Positions 51,710-63,185 of a stretch of DNA of 64,000 nucleotides are shown here, piece by piece (within the stretch, counting starts at the first letter, position 1; each line of letters begins with the position of its first letter). The stretch is from Vicugna vicugna (lineage: Eukaryota): the NCBI GenBank assembly GCA_013265495.1, contig MU058198.1:3980419-4044418 (forward strand), read 5' to 3'. The position numbers were made by a program, and so were the translations under genes. Below the pieces are notes generated by a model. It was given only the letters and a program-made list of their open reading frames with translations, searched no databases and had not been told where the DNA came from.

Positions 51710-51983
51710 ATATGTGTGTATATGTATGACTAGGACTTTGTGCTATACACCAGAAATTGACACATTGTAACTGACTATACTTTAATTTAAAAAAAATATT
51801 AGGGGGAGGGTGTAGCTCAAGTGGTAGAACGCATGCTTAACATGCACGAGGTCCTGAGTTCAATCCCCAGTACCTCCTCCAAGAATAAATAAATAAATGT
51901 AATTTCCTCTCTCCCCACCCAGGAAACCCAAAATACAATAAATAAATGAAAATAAATTTTTTAAAAATTAAAATTTTTTTTTA
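51710..51983 (+). mobile_element. L1 3' tail fragment (51710-51800) followed by a vic-1-like SINE (51802-51983)
   Basis: L1 piece resembles 7515-7600; SINE TAGCTCAAGTGG / AGTTCAATCCC; both lie between AAAACTAAT repeats at 51701-51709 and 51984-51992. Confidence 0.85.
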
Positions 51984-52926
51984 AAAACTAATGAATGATA
52001 TGTATAGAGAATTTCAAATAAATAATTAATGATGATTTTTTTTTAGGGCTACATTTTTAGTACTCCTTCCCAAGGATTATTTTCTCCCTGTTAGCACACA
52101 GCAGAATATTGGCTTACATATACTCCACTGAGCGTAGAAGGAACTCAGTAAGGCCCAGACAATATTTAAGGTGTCTATTTAAGATGAATGTCAAGCAGCT
52201 CAGCTCCCAATTAAAAACAATTGGGTTTCTCTCTCTCCTAGACTCGGTTGTCCCAATCTTCTCCCACTTTCTCTTCCAAGAGAAGAGATAAGGGGGTTGA
52301 TAGAGGCCCTTGCCCTGGACAGGCACAAGCAATGTTAATCTAAGAAGTAAGCCATACAGGTCTTACCATCTAGGTCATACTTAACGTATCTTCTGGTGCT
52401 CCAAAGAGAATTGCTAAGCTTATGAAAGATAGCTACTATTTCATTGTTAGATCACATATTTATTAAGAAGATAATATTTACTAATTCAGACTTTCTGAAA
52501 AGAGGCTTAAAATCCAAACCCCTGCTGCTGCTGTTACATACCAGTTACTTATAATTTAAAGTTACTTATAGTATAAATATACTATAAATTAGAAATAAGA
52601 CCGCTCTTTTAAAGAAACCACTGTTTCTTTGATGAGGCAAAATTCAGAAACTTTGGCCAGCACTATTATTTTTACCTAATAACCCTTTGAGAGAAAACAG
52701 ATTTTCAGTTGTTAATTACAAACATTAAACTTATTCTACTTTGAAGGATCTTATTTCCTCAGAAAGATTATAGGAAGTGGTTTTTCTTCATTTAAACTCT
52801 TGGTCTTGGAAGGCATTTGAGGGAGAACTCGGTCACAGAGAATTAACCTGTCTGTCCTTCAAATGACAGATTCGGAAGTAACGAGATCATTGTGGAGTGA
52901 TAATCTGAATGTCACAAAAGAACTTT

Positions 52927-53058
52927 GGAGGGAGGGTCTAGCTCTAGTGGTAGAGTGCATGCCTAGCATGCAGGAGGTCCTGGGTTCAGTACCTCCATTA
53001 AATAAATAAGTTAAATAAACCTATCCCCGCCCCCCGACCAAAGGAATTAAAAAAAGAG
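52927..53058 (+). mobile_element. tRNA-derived SINE (vic-1-like) with TSD
   Basis: TSD AGAACTTT at 52919-52926 and 53059-53066; deletion just after GGTTCA. Confidence 0.88.
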
Positions 53059-53328
53059 AGAACTTTTAAATATAATATCTCCATATAGACAAGGCCCTGT
53101 GAACTTGTATCATCTCAGCCCCTAACTGGCCTTAAAAGTTACTTTAACGTATAAATGATGTTAACTTTTTTATGCATAAATGATATTGGTGTCCCTATGC
53201 TTATTTGAATAGTTGATTCTTTTCCATTGTTTGGAAGCTTTAAAATAATTATGGATAGAAAAGATAAGCTTACTTGTCTCTGATGCTTTTAGTTTGAGGA
53301 AATAATATCTTGGAATTTATTTTTCTAG

Positions 53329-53691
53329 AAGTATAAACCGTGGACGACACCACAGCGAAAGATCCCAGAGAACTCAAGGCCCATCACTACCAGCAACTCC
53401 AGTTTTTGTACCTGTCCCGCCCCCTCCCTTGTATCCTCCTCCTCCCCATACACTTCCTCTCCCTCCAGGTGTTCCTCCACCACAGTTTTCTCCTCAGTTT
53501 CCTCCTGGCCAGCCACCACCTGCTGGGTATAGTGTTCCCCCTCCAGGGTTTCCTCCAGCTCCAGCCAATTTATCAGCACCATGGGTATCATCGGGAGTGC
53601 AGACAGCTCATTCAAATACCATCCCAACCACACAAGCACCACCTTTGTCCAGGGAAGAATTCTATAGAGAGCAGCGGCGGCTGAAAGAAGA
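53329..53691 (+). CDS. RBBP6: RBBP6 exon 15 (Pro-rich, start of coiled coil)
   Basis: SINRGRHHSERSQRTQGPSLP...LSREEFYREQRRLKE; ttctag| and |GTAAGT; 363 nt. Confidence 0.95.
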
Positions 53692-53980
53692 GTAAGTGTT
53701 TTAATTTGAAATGATTATACACTTTCATTTTCTGATGTAACATTAACTAGGTATCTTTGGAAACATTTTTCAGTGTTTCCAGTTAGTAGAAGAAAAATCA
53801 CCTGAAAATTAAACCAAAGCCATGCAAGCAACTCCCTCAGGGATTCCTAGTTATTTGTAGTTGTAAAGTGGAAAACTGATGGCAACTTCATTCATTTCAT
53901 TCATGATCTAATTACATTTGTCTTGTTAGTTTTCTTAAATGGTTTTTGTTAACTTTCACTCTTTAACTTTATTTTACTAG

Positions 53981-54082
53981 GGAAAAGAAAAAGTCCAAGC
54001 TAGATGAGTTTACAAATGATTTTGCTAAGGAATTGATGGAATACAAAAAGATTCAAAAGGAGCGTAGGCGCTCATTTTCCAG
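53981..54082 (+). CDS. RBBP6: RBBP6 exon 16 (frame-preserving cassette, skipped in isoform 2)
   Basis: EKKKSKLDEFTNDFAKELMEYKKIQKERRRSFS; 102 nt, same phase at both ends; ttactag| and |GTTAGT. Confidence 0.94.
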
Positions 54083-54936
54083 GTTAGTGTTTTGCAAGCC
54101 TTCACAACAGAATTACAAATGGGACTTTGAATATCCAGGGATTAGCTATGGATATAAATAACATCACACTTACGGAATTTTTCTGATTCGGTCTAGGTTT
54201 ATAGAAATGGAAATGTAGCTTATTTCCCAATATCTGTTTTTTGAAATAATGTCTCACTGTAAATTCTATTGTGTAGAAGTAGCAGTTACGGGAATTAAAT
54301 TGCCCTTGTCCCTTGAAGTTATTTATAGTGTGAAATAATTGGGAAATGTTTGTGAAAGGAAAGAAATAGGGGACTAGCCAAAGATTACATTTCTGAGGAC
54401 TCTTTTACTTAAGGCTACAGCTTCTTGCTGGAACATTAACCTGTGTCATCATGAAGTAACAGTAGAAGACAAATTGCTTTATTGATAGAAAAATTGAATT
54501 ACAGAAATTCCCTGGAAGTTTGTTTAAGAGACTTATTTTTTTTTAAAAGCTTATGCTTGAAATGTGGTTCCTTTTAAAGCTAGATTATTGGTCAATATAG
54601 GACAGAAAAACTACTCCTACTTAAATAATCAGATAGGAAGTAAAATTTAAATTTAATTGCATTCTGTTTAATGTTGATTAGCTCATATAACTCACGGTAC
54701 ATTAATGCACTTCACTCTAATTGTTAAGATTTCACTTTTGTTTTGAACAAGTGATTGCTCTGATCTTTGTGTACTTTATTCCATTCCAGTAGAGGTCACC
54801 GTGCCTCTTTAATAGTCATCTAAGGTGAAACTTGTAAAGAAAGATGGAACCGTGAGGAGAGTGTACTTGAATCTGAGAGTCTTTTATTTTGTGTATATTT
54901 CTCAACTATCAACTGTTGTTTTATGTTTGTTTTTAG

Positions 54937-56694
54937 GTCCAAATCTCCCTATAGTGGTTCATCCTATTCAAGAAGTTCATATACTTATTCTAAATCAAGA
55001 TCTGGTTCAACACGTTCACGTTCTTATTCTCGATCATTTAGCCGTTCGCACTCTCGTTCCTATTCACGGTCGCCTCCGTACCCCAGAAGAGGCAGAGGGA
55101 AGAGTCGAAATTACCGTTCACGGTCTCGATCCCATGGGTATCATCGATCTAGGTCAAGGTCACCCCCATATAGACGATATCATTCACGATCAAGATCTCC
55201 TCAAGCGTTCAGGGGACAGTCTCCTAATAAACGTAACGTACCTCAAGGGGAAACAGAACGTGAATATTTTAACAGATACAGAGAAGTGCCACCACCTTAT
55301 GACATGAAAGCTTATTACGGGAGGAGTGTTGACTTTAGAGACCCATTTGAAAAAGAGCGTTACCGAGAATGGGAGAGAAAATACAGAGAGTGGTATGAAA
55401 AATATTATAAAGGCTATGCTGCTGGGGCTCAGCCTCGGCCGTCAGCAAATAGAGAGAACTTTTCTCCAGAGAGATTTGTACCACTTAATATCAGGAATTC
55501 TCCCTTCACAAGAGGCCGCAGAGAGGATTACTCTGGTGGACAAAGTCACAGAAGTCGAAACATAGGTGGCAACTATCCAGAAAAGCTTTCATCGAGAGAC
55601 AGTCACAATCAGAAGGATAATACAAAGTCAAAAGAGAAGGAGAGTGAAAATGCTCCAGGAGATGGTAAAGGAAATAAACATAAGAAACACAGAAAAAGAA
55701 GAAAGGGGGAAGAAAGTGAAGGTTTTCTAAACCCAGAGTTATTAGAAACATCGAGGAAATCAAGAGAGCCTACAAGTGGTGAAGAAAATAAAACGGACTC
55801 ATTATTTGTTCTCCCAAGTAGAGATGATGCTACACCTGTTAGAGATGAGCCAATGGATGCCGAATCCATCACTTTTAAATCAATATCTGAAAAAGACAAG
55901 AGAGAAAAAGACAAACCTAAAGCAAAAGGTGACAAGACCAAACGAAAAAATGATGGGTCTGCTGTGTCCAAAAAAGAAACTGTTGTAAAACCTGCTAAAG
56001 GGCCCCAAGAAAAACTAGATGGAGAGCGTGAAAAATCTCCTCGATCTGAACCTCCGCTTAAAAAAGCCAAAGAGGAGACTCCAAAGACTGACAGTGTGAA
56101 ACCATCATCTTCCTCTCAAAAAGATGAAAAGATCATTGGTACCCCCAGAAAAGCTCACTCTAAGTCAGTGAAAGAACACCAAGAGACCAAACCCGTCAAA
56201 GAAGAAAAAGGGAAGAAGGACTACTCCAAAGACGTCAAGTCGGAGAAGCCAGCTAGTAAGGAAGAAAAGGCCAGGAAGCCTAACGAGAAGAGTAAACCAC
56301 TCGATAGCAAGGGAGAAAAAAGGAAAAGAAAAACTGAAGAGAAAGGTACAGAGAAAGATTTTGAGTCTTCGTCAATGAAAATCTCTAAATTAGAAGTAAC
56401 TGAAATAGTGAAACCATCACCAAAGCGCAAAATGGAACCTGATACTGAAAAATTGGATAGGACACCTGAAAAAGACAAAATCTCATCATCAACTGCCCCA
56501 GCCAAAAAAATCAAGCTCAACAGAGAAACTGGTAAAAAAATTGGAAGTACCGAAAATGTATCTAACACAAAAGAACCCTCTGAAAAATTGGAATCAACAT
56601 CTGGCAAAGTTAAACAAGAAAAAGTCAAAGGAAAGGTCAGGCGAAAAGTAACTGGAACTGAAGGATCCAGCTCAACGCTTGTGGATTATACCAG
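54937..56694 (+). CDS. RBBP6: RBBP6 exon 17 (RS domain, Rb-binding region)
   Basis: ORF 54923-56698 trimmed to tttttag| and ACCAG|GTAACT; SKSPYSGSSYSRSS...SSSTLVDYT; 1758 nt. Confidence 0.97.
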
Positions 56695-57176
56695 GTAACT
56701 GGTTATGCCTGGGTGGGTCGGGGCGCATAAAGCAGAATATGTTAATTAAAGATGTACTGATGTTGGGGCTTAGGCTGCTTTACTCTTGTCTTTGAAGAAA
56801 GGAAATGTTAAAGATAAGATTATAAGTAGATTTTGGGGGGGTGAGCCACATGTCCCTGCCCAGCCACCCCCCACGATGAATGTGCCTTGCGCAGCCTGGG
56901 GACAGGCATAGCCGCCCAGGCCTCTGAGGGCTGCTCTAGCCCTGCATTCTGTCCCCTGGGAGCAGCAGAGCTCTGGGCAGGCAAACCTCGAGGAGACTGC
57001 ATTTGTCTTTATATAATCATACACTTAAATCATTTATCTCTCTCTCAGAGCAGAGTAAGTGGCTTTTGAAAGTTAAAAGAACATTTGTCATGTTTAAGTT
57101 AGCCTTTTTATATTTATCAGTGTTTAATAATAGTGAATTCTTTATTAATTAAAAAATATTTCAATTTTTTTTTTAG

Positions 57177-58752
57177 TACGAGTTCAACTGGAGGCAGTCC
57201 TGTGCGAAAATCTGAAGAAAAAACAGATACAAAACGAACTGTCATTAAGACAATGGAAGAATATAATAATGATAACACAGCTCCTGCTGAAGATGTTATT
57301 ATTATGATTCAGGTTCCTCAATCCAAATGGGATAAAGATGACTTTGAATCAGAAGAAGAAGATGTTAAATCCACCACCACACAGCCGATATCAAGTGTAG
57401 GAAAACCTGCCAGTGTTATAAAGAATGTTAGCACTAAACCATCAAATACAGTCAAGTATACTGAAAAGGAAAGTGAGTCATCAGAGAAAATTCAGAAGCT
57501 CACCAAGGAAGTGAGCCATGAAATTATACAGCATGAGGTGAAAAGTTCAAAAAACTCTGCATCTAACGAAAAAGGGAAAACCAAAGATCGAGATCATTCA
57601 GTGTTGGAAAAGGAAAGCCTGGAAAAGAGGAAGAACAGCGCTCAGCCAGAGAAAGATAGTAATCCGGACCGTATGAGTGAGCAAGGGAATTTTAAAAGTC
57701 TGTCTCAGTCTTCCAAAGAGACGAGAACTTCAGATAAGCATGATTCCACTCGAGGTTCCTCAAATAAAGACTTCACTCCCAACAGAGACAAAAAACCCGA
57801 CTATGACAACAGAGAGTATTCAAGCTCCAAACGCAGAGATGAAAGGAATGAATTAACAAGGAGAAAAGACTCTCCTTCTCGGAGTAAAGACTCTGCATCT
57901 GGACAAAAAACTAAGCCGCGAGAAGAGAGAGATTTGCCTAAAAAAGGACCAGGAGATTCCAAAAAAAGTAACTCTAGTCCCTCAAGAGACAAGAAACCTC
58001 ATGATCATAAAGCTACTTACGATACCAAACGTTCAAACGAAGAGACAAAATCTGTAGATAAAAATCCCTGCAAGGATCGTGAGAAGCATCTGTTGGAGGC
58101 GAAGAACAATAAGGAGTCAGGTGGCAATAAACTGCTCTACGTACTCAACCCGCCGGACCCCCAGGTGGAGAAGGAGCAGGTTACTGGGCAGACTGATAAG
58201 AACACCATCAAACCTAAACCCCAGGTGAGTCACTCCTCTCGACTGTCCTCTGACTTAACTAGAGAAACTGACGAAGCTGCTTTTGAACCAGACTATAATG
58301 AAAGTGACAGCGAAAGCAACGTATCCGTAAAAGAGGAGGAGACTTCTGGGAAAAATTCTAAGGAACCGAAAGATAAAGTGGCAGAGAAGGCAAAAGAGAG
58401 CCTGGACGCGGCGGCGGTCGGCCAGGCAGGCGCCGCCAGGAGCCAGAGCCAGAGCAGCCCCAGCGCCAGTCCGAGCAGGAGCCACAGCCCTTCCGGAAGC
58501 CAAACCCGAAGCCGCAGTAGCAGTGCCAGCTCTGCAGAAAGTCAGGACAGCAAGAAGAAGAAGAAAAAGAAGGAAAAGAAAAAGCACAAGAAACATAAAA
58601 AACATAAGAAGCATAAGAAGCACGCGGGCACTGAAGCAGAATTGGAAAAAAGCCAAAAACACAAACACAAGAAGAAGAAGTCGAAGAAGAGCAAAGATAA
58701 AGAAAAGGAGAAGGAGAAGGATGACCAAAAAGTGAAATCTGTCACCGTGTAA
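57177..58752 (+). CDS. RBBP6: RBBP6 exon 18 coding part (p53-binding region, Lys/His-rich tail)
   Basis: ttttag|T ACG AGT...KVKSVTV TAA; 1576 nt. Confidence 0.97.
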
Positions 58753-59143
58753 GAGGGCAGATTTTAAACATTGACTTAATTACTAAGTCATCTGTATTAA
58801 ATTTTGTTATAATGTAAAGAGATTCAAGCCCTGTAAATAATGATACGGAAGACCCTGTGCTGCACTTAAAATATTGCTGCTTGATTATTTGATTTTTACA
58901 TCAGAGCTTTATAACACGAACTTTTGTACAGAATTGTGAGTTGTGACCATGTAACATGAGAGGTTTTGCTAGGGCCTATTATTTTTAACCACCATTAATT
59001 AGTTGGGGTGGAGTTTACTGTACTGTGAAATTTTCACATTTGAATTTTTTTAATTGCCTGGCAGGAGCTGATATCAGTTCTAAAATATCAGCAGAATGAT
59101 TTGCTGAATTCATTACAACCCCGTTATGTCACTTTTTGATTAT

Positions 59144-59149
59144 AATAAA
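59144..59149 (+). terminator. RBBP6: PolyA signal of full-length RBBP6 mRNA (~400-nt 3' UTR)
   Basis: AATAAA with TGTA motifs upstream and T/GT-rich TTGTTTATTT downstream. Confidence 0.8.
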
Positions 59150-62100
59150 AGTTTTCAGTAAACTTTTCAAATGCTGAGTACTTGTTTATTTGAAGGGGAG
59201 TGTGCCATGTCTCTTTTCCCTGGTAGCTCCCTTTTTAACATTTGCTTTGAGCCTTTAGTGTAAGCCCAGCTGAATGTATAAAATTCTGAAGTAAACAAGG
59301 AAGATATATGTCATTAGTGGGCTGATAGTAAATGGCCAGAAATAAGAAATCATGGTTAATTGGAGATCAAATTGAATAAATTGGGAAGGGTCTTGAATAT
59401 AGTAGTTGAATTTTAGAAATGAGGAATTTTGTTCATGGTCATGTATTTGTCTTGAAACCCTGATAAGTGAGTATTAAATTCCTTGATAAAAGTGCTACAT
59501 AGCACACAACAGTGAGCCTCTGTGGCCTTCCCAGTCTACCCAGTGACAGAAGCAAGCAGCAATAGGTCTAGAAGCACTAGGTTAATGGGTTTCTTTAATG
59601 GCTGTGGTTCAGCAAGTTTATTGTAGGCAATAAAAAGCTATTGAAGGGATTTGGGGACTTAGGGTAAGAATGGAACTTTAGAAACAGCTGTAGAAATAGG
59701 CATTAAGAAGACGAAGGCTTAGAAGGAGGAAAAGAGACCCGTTCTGGTCAGTGGTGGGGATCCTAAAGCACTGTGGCAGGGGGCTTTGGACTGGAGTGGA
59801 AGAGGAAAGGGTTTACAGTAGCAGCAGCTTGCTTTTATTAACTCCCTGTCTCCTTGCCTTGGTTATTCCCAGTGTGTGCCATGTTTACAGTGCTGTATAG
59901 CATTGTTGATAGTCAGTTTTAGGTACAAACATACTTGAATGGGTCTTTTTAATGCAACATTTAATATTTGAGGAAAAACATCAAGTGATTTAAATAAAAG
60001 CTGTATGAGTGATAAACAGATGGTATTAACATCATGAAAACCAATTCAGGACTGAGTTAAGTTTGGGAAATGACTGACTTCTAAAGGGCTCTGTTTTTGT
60101 TATGATCCTTCAGTCACATTAATTCCCAGGCATCTCCATCACTGGGGATGGGGTGCCTGTTCTCCCCACTGCCAGCCTTACCCAGCCCTACCCACATCAC
60201 ATACCACTTGTCCGTTCAGATACTCCAGCCACACTATACTCTTTAGTTCTTAATCTCCACTCAAAGTACAGACTCTGGGTCCCACATTCTCTGAGGATTT
60301 TGGCATCCAGAACTCACTTTTTCTCATGAATTCCATCCTATGAGGTCAGTTTCATTACCTAGGCACATTGTTAGTTTAAGCTGAACTGACCTTCACTTTA
60401 ACTGCAGTCCACTCGTGTGACAATTTCCCAGAGTTAATTATCACTGGGACCATTCCTGTCTTCAACTTAAACTCCAGTATGTCATATACAACCTCATCTT
60501 CCAGTTCTGTTCTCTATTGGCTTTATTTAGACCTGAGGTTTCAACTTATCCCCTAGTCACTCTTCTGTTGTCTTTCCTTTCTACAGTTGCCTATATCCCA
60601 TCATGTCAACCCCACGCTAACACTCCCAAAACCTGCTCCCCCTTATCCATCTTGCTATACCTAACCAGCTCAGTCCCCAAGTCTAGACACAGGTGCTGAA
60701 CACTGCTTAGCAAAAAAGGCTTGAAAGAAAATTAAGAAAGAACTTTGCCAGGCACTGTGCTAGGTGCAGTACTTACCTGATCCTTAAAAATTCTAATGGC
60801 TCATGATGTCTAATGCTACTGTGAGCAGGAAACTCCACTTCCTATCAAGGTTCAATCCAATCTCGGATACTCAGCTCGTGCTTAACTAGTCCACCCCACC
60901 CCTGCCACTTGCAGTTGGACATGTAAAACCTACCTGTTTTCGCTGGTCTCCAAAAGGGCCATGTTATATCTCCTTACATTTTGCAGTTGGCTGTTTCATC
61001 TGGCTGGAATTTCTTCCACCCTTGCCTGTCTCACAATTCCCTACTCATTGTTTTGAGAGTTAGCTTAACTGTTTTGAATTATTCTCTCACAGTGCTGCCT
61101 GCCCACCCCCGTACACACTCACGATGCAACAGCATCACTGGATATGCTATAGTAACACTCCAAATTGCTTAAATCTGGGCTGTTTTGTTGTCTCCCTCCC
61201 TGGACCAAGTGTGAGCCCCGCAAAATGTGTATTTCAGAAGCCAAACCATTTCTTGCACGTAATGTTTGAATTGATAAGATGAAATAATTTTTTTTTTTAG
61301 ATTTAAAGTTACATTTTGCAAACTTCATGGAACCCAGCGATAAGTCAACTTTTTAAAGACAAGAATGTAACATTTGAGCTACTAGAGATTTGGGAGACAG
61401 TGTCCTTCAATGACTAGCTGCTTTAATATGCCAAGGATACTCTGAAGCCTTACAATGAAGGACCTGAAAATAATTCCTTTGCTAGTCTCAGCATGCCAAA
61501 TGAAAGAAATGAAATCCCGTCCAAAATGCTTTACAACAAGAATTTCAAAGAGGTAGAAAACTAATGGTTTAGAAAACTAGTTTAAGAGGTAGAAAACCAG
61601 TTAATGGCTTAGCCATCCTGGTCTGTGCAAGTGCCCCGTTTAGGTCTTGTCCACTTTTTCCTGTCTTTAATTTCTTTAATGAACACTGTTCTTATTGTAC
61701 AAAACTGTATAGAACAAAACGTCTATTTTGGAACATGCTTTTGAGTCCTTTTTGCACTACTGCCATTTTCTTAAGCTAGCTTCAGTGGGTCTCTTAACAA
61801 CAACAAAAAAGCCTCACTAATAACATACATGCATATAATGCACCCTGCTTTTTCTTTTTATATATCATAATCTCATCCTTTTGACATTAACATTTTTTAC
61901 ACTTTTAAGAATTGAGAATGATCATGAAAGAAAACTGAAAAAAGTAAACCACTTAAATCCTTGATAGAGTAACGTAGCTGCTGTTAAGTGAATAACAGGA
62001 AACTGAAAGAAACGGGATTAAACAAGAATATTCAGAGATTTCTCATGAATTCTTTCAGTAATATAATCTCAAGTATAAACTGTTTATCAAGACTTTCTTT

Positions 62101-62944
62101 GTTGCCTTTGAGATTTTTTTTTAAGATCATGTTAAAAGGACTTTTTAAAATAGCTATTGATATTTCATTATATACTGAAAACTGGAGGGTGAACATTTAT
62201 CTTTTATTCAAGTCAACACCAGCATGAATCTTGCTTCACCACTTTGCAGTGTGGCTATTTAGTAATTTGCTATCGAATTGGCATTGGCCAGAATGAATCT
62301 TTCTCAATTTAGTTTTCCATTTTTAAAGTCTTTAGTGGTAAAAGATACTAATGCAAGAGGAACATTAAAATATTCTTTTGTAGAGACATTGGCACCTTAA
62401 AATTTTGATAATTGTTTACTGCATATGTTTTTCCCTAGGCTTAATAATATATGAATAAAGCTGGACGACTGATTCATGCCCTAAAAATTAGTAACAGATG
62501 TAATGAAAAATGAACATGGGGCAAATTATTATCAGTGCTAGAAACCAGAGAAAGTATGGGAGGGGCAGACAGTCAAAAAGGTGTGATCTCTGTTACACAC
62601 TATATTTTTAAACTTTTTTTTTTTAAGAAAAATATGCACCTATAATTCTCTTCTTTGAGAAAGCAGATGACCTCTTGGGAAGTACAAATAGGTCACCATG
62701 GGCATTATGAATGCCTCGTGGGCTGGAGGGCCAAGGCAAGGTGGTGGAGCACGTGAGGAATATTCCCTTTGAGGCCACTTTTAATATGATGGAAAGTTGC
62801 ACTTGCAGTGTCCTTAACCTGAGGCCATACAACGTTGATGGGAAGAGGGGAATATTCTATCCAGAAATAGATGGCTACACCTGGTCTCACTACCAGGCCA
62901 CACAGGCCTCATTGCCCTGGCTATTACAGGTAAGGAGAAAAAAA

Positions 62945-63185
62945 ACACTTAAAAGATACATAATTTTCAAATCATGGTATTGGTACCAGCAAGGGCAGGC
63001 AAGTAAGTGGGATGGAATAAAATTCCAGAAATTGACCCCAATGTAAAAGTCACGGCTTCAGCATAAGTAAATGTGAAAAGGATAGATTTTTCAGTAAGTG
63101 GTTTGAGAGAACTGAATAACACTTTAGAGTAAATTTCTTTTTCACATCTTGAAAGTTTTAGATGGATTAAATATTTTTATCCAAA
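62945..63185 (+). mobile_element. Old L1 ORF2 fragment
   Basis: KSWYWYQQGQASKWDGIK resembles the L1 ORF2 motif KTxWYWxxxRxxDQWNRIE. Confidence 0.65.

Larger units (their letters stand above)
28000..59175 (+). other. RBBP6: RBBP6 gene span (E3 ubiquitin ligase / pre-mRNA 3'-end processing factor); TSS and cleavage site approximate
   Basis: 18 GT-AG-bounded coding exons join in frame to 5388 nt (1795 aa + stop), from MSCVHYKFSSKLNYDTVTFDG to DDQKVKSVTV. Domain order DWNN, CCHC knuckle, RING, RS matches RBBP6. Confidence 0.98.

Noticed and set aside
51802..51877. Apparent tRNA-Ala genes here and at the other SINE heads
   Set aside because: They carry SINE tails and TSDs and have mismatched stems; they are SINEs, not tRNA genes.
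54923..54936. ATG of the 591-aa ORF (and the listed starts at 46101, 47435, 57133)
   Set aside because: These lie in intronic sequence upstream of the true acceptors; the ORFs are exons of RBBP6.
55506..58745. Several long antisense and alternate-frame ORFs over exons 17-18
   Set aside because: Shadows of Lys/Glu/Ser-rich low-complexity coding sequence; no independent evidence.
61548..61612. Short imperfect tandem duplication (AAGAGGTAGAAAAC twice)
   Set aside because: Two or three degenerate units only; ordinary slippage, not a repeat-spacer array.
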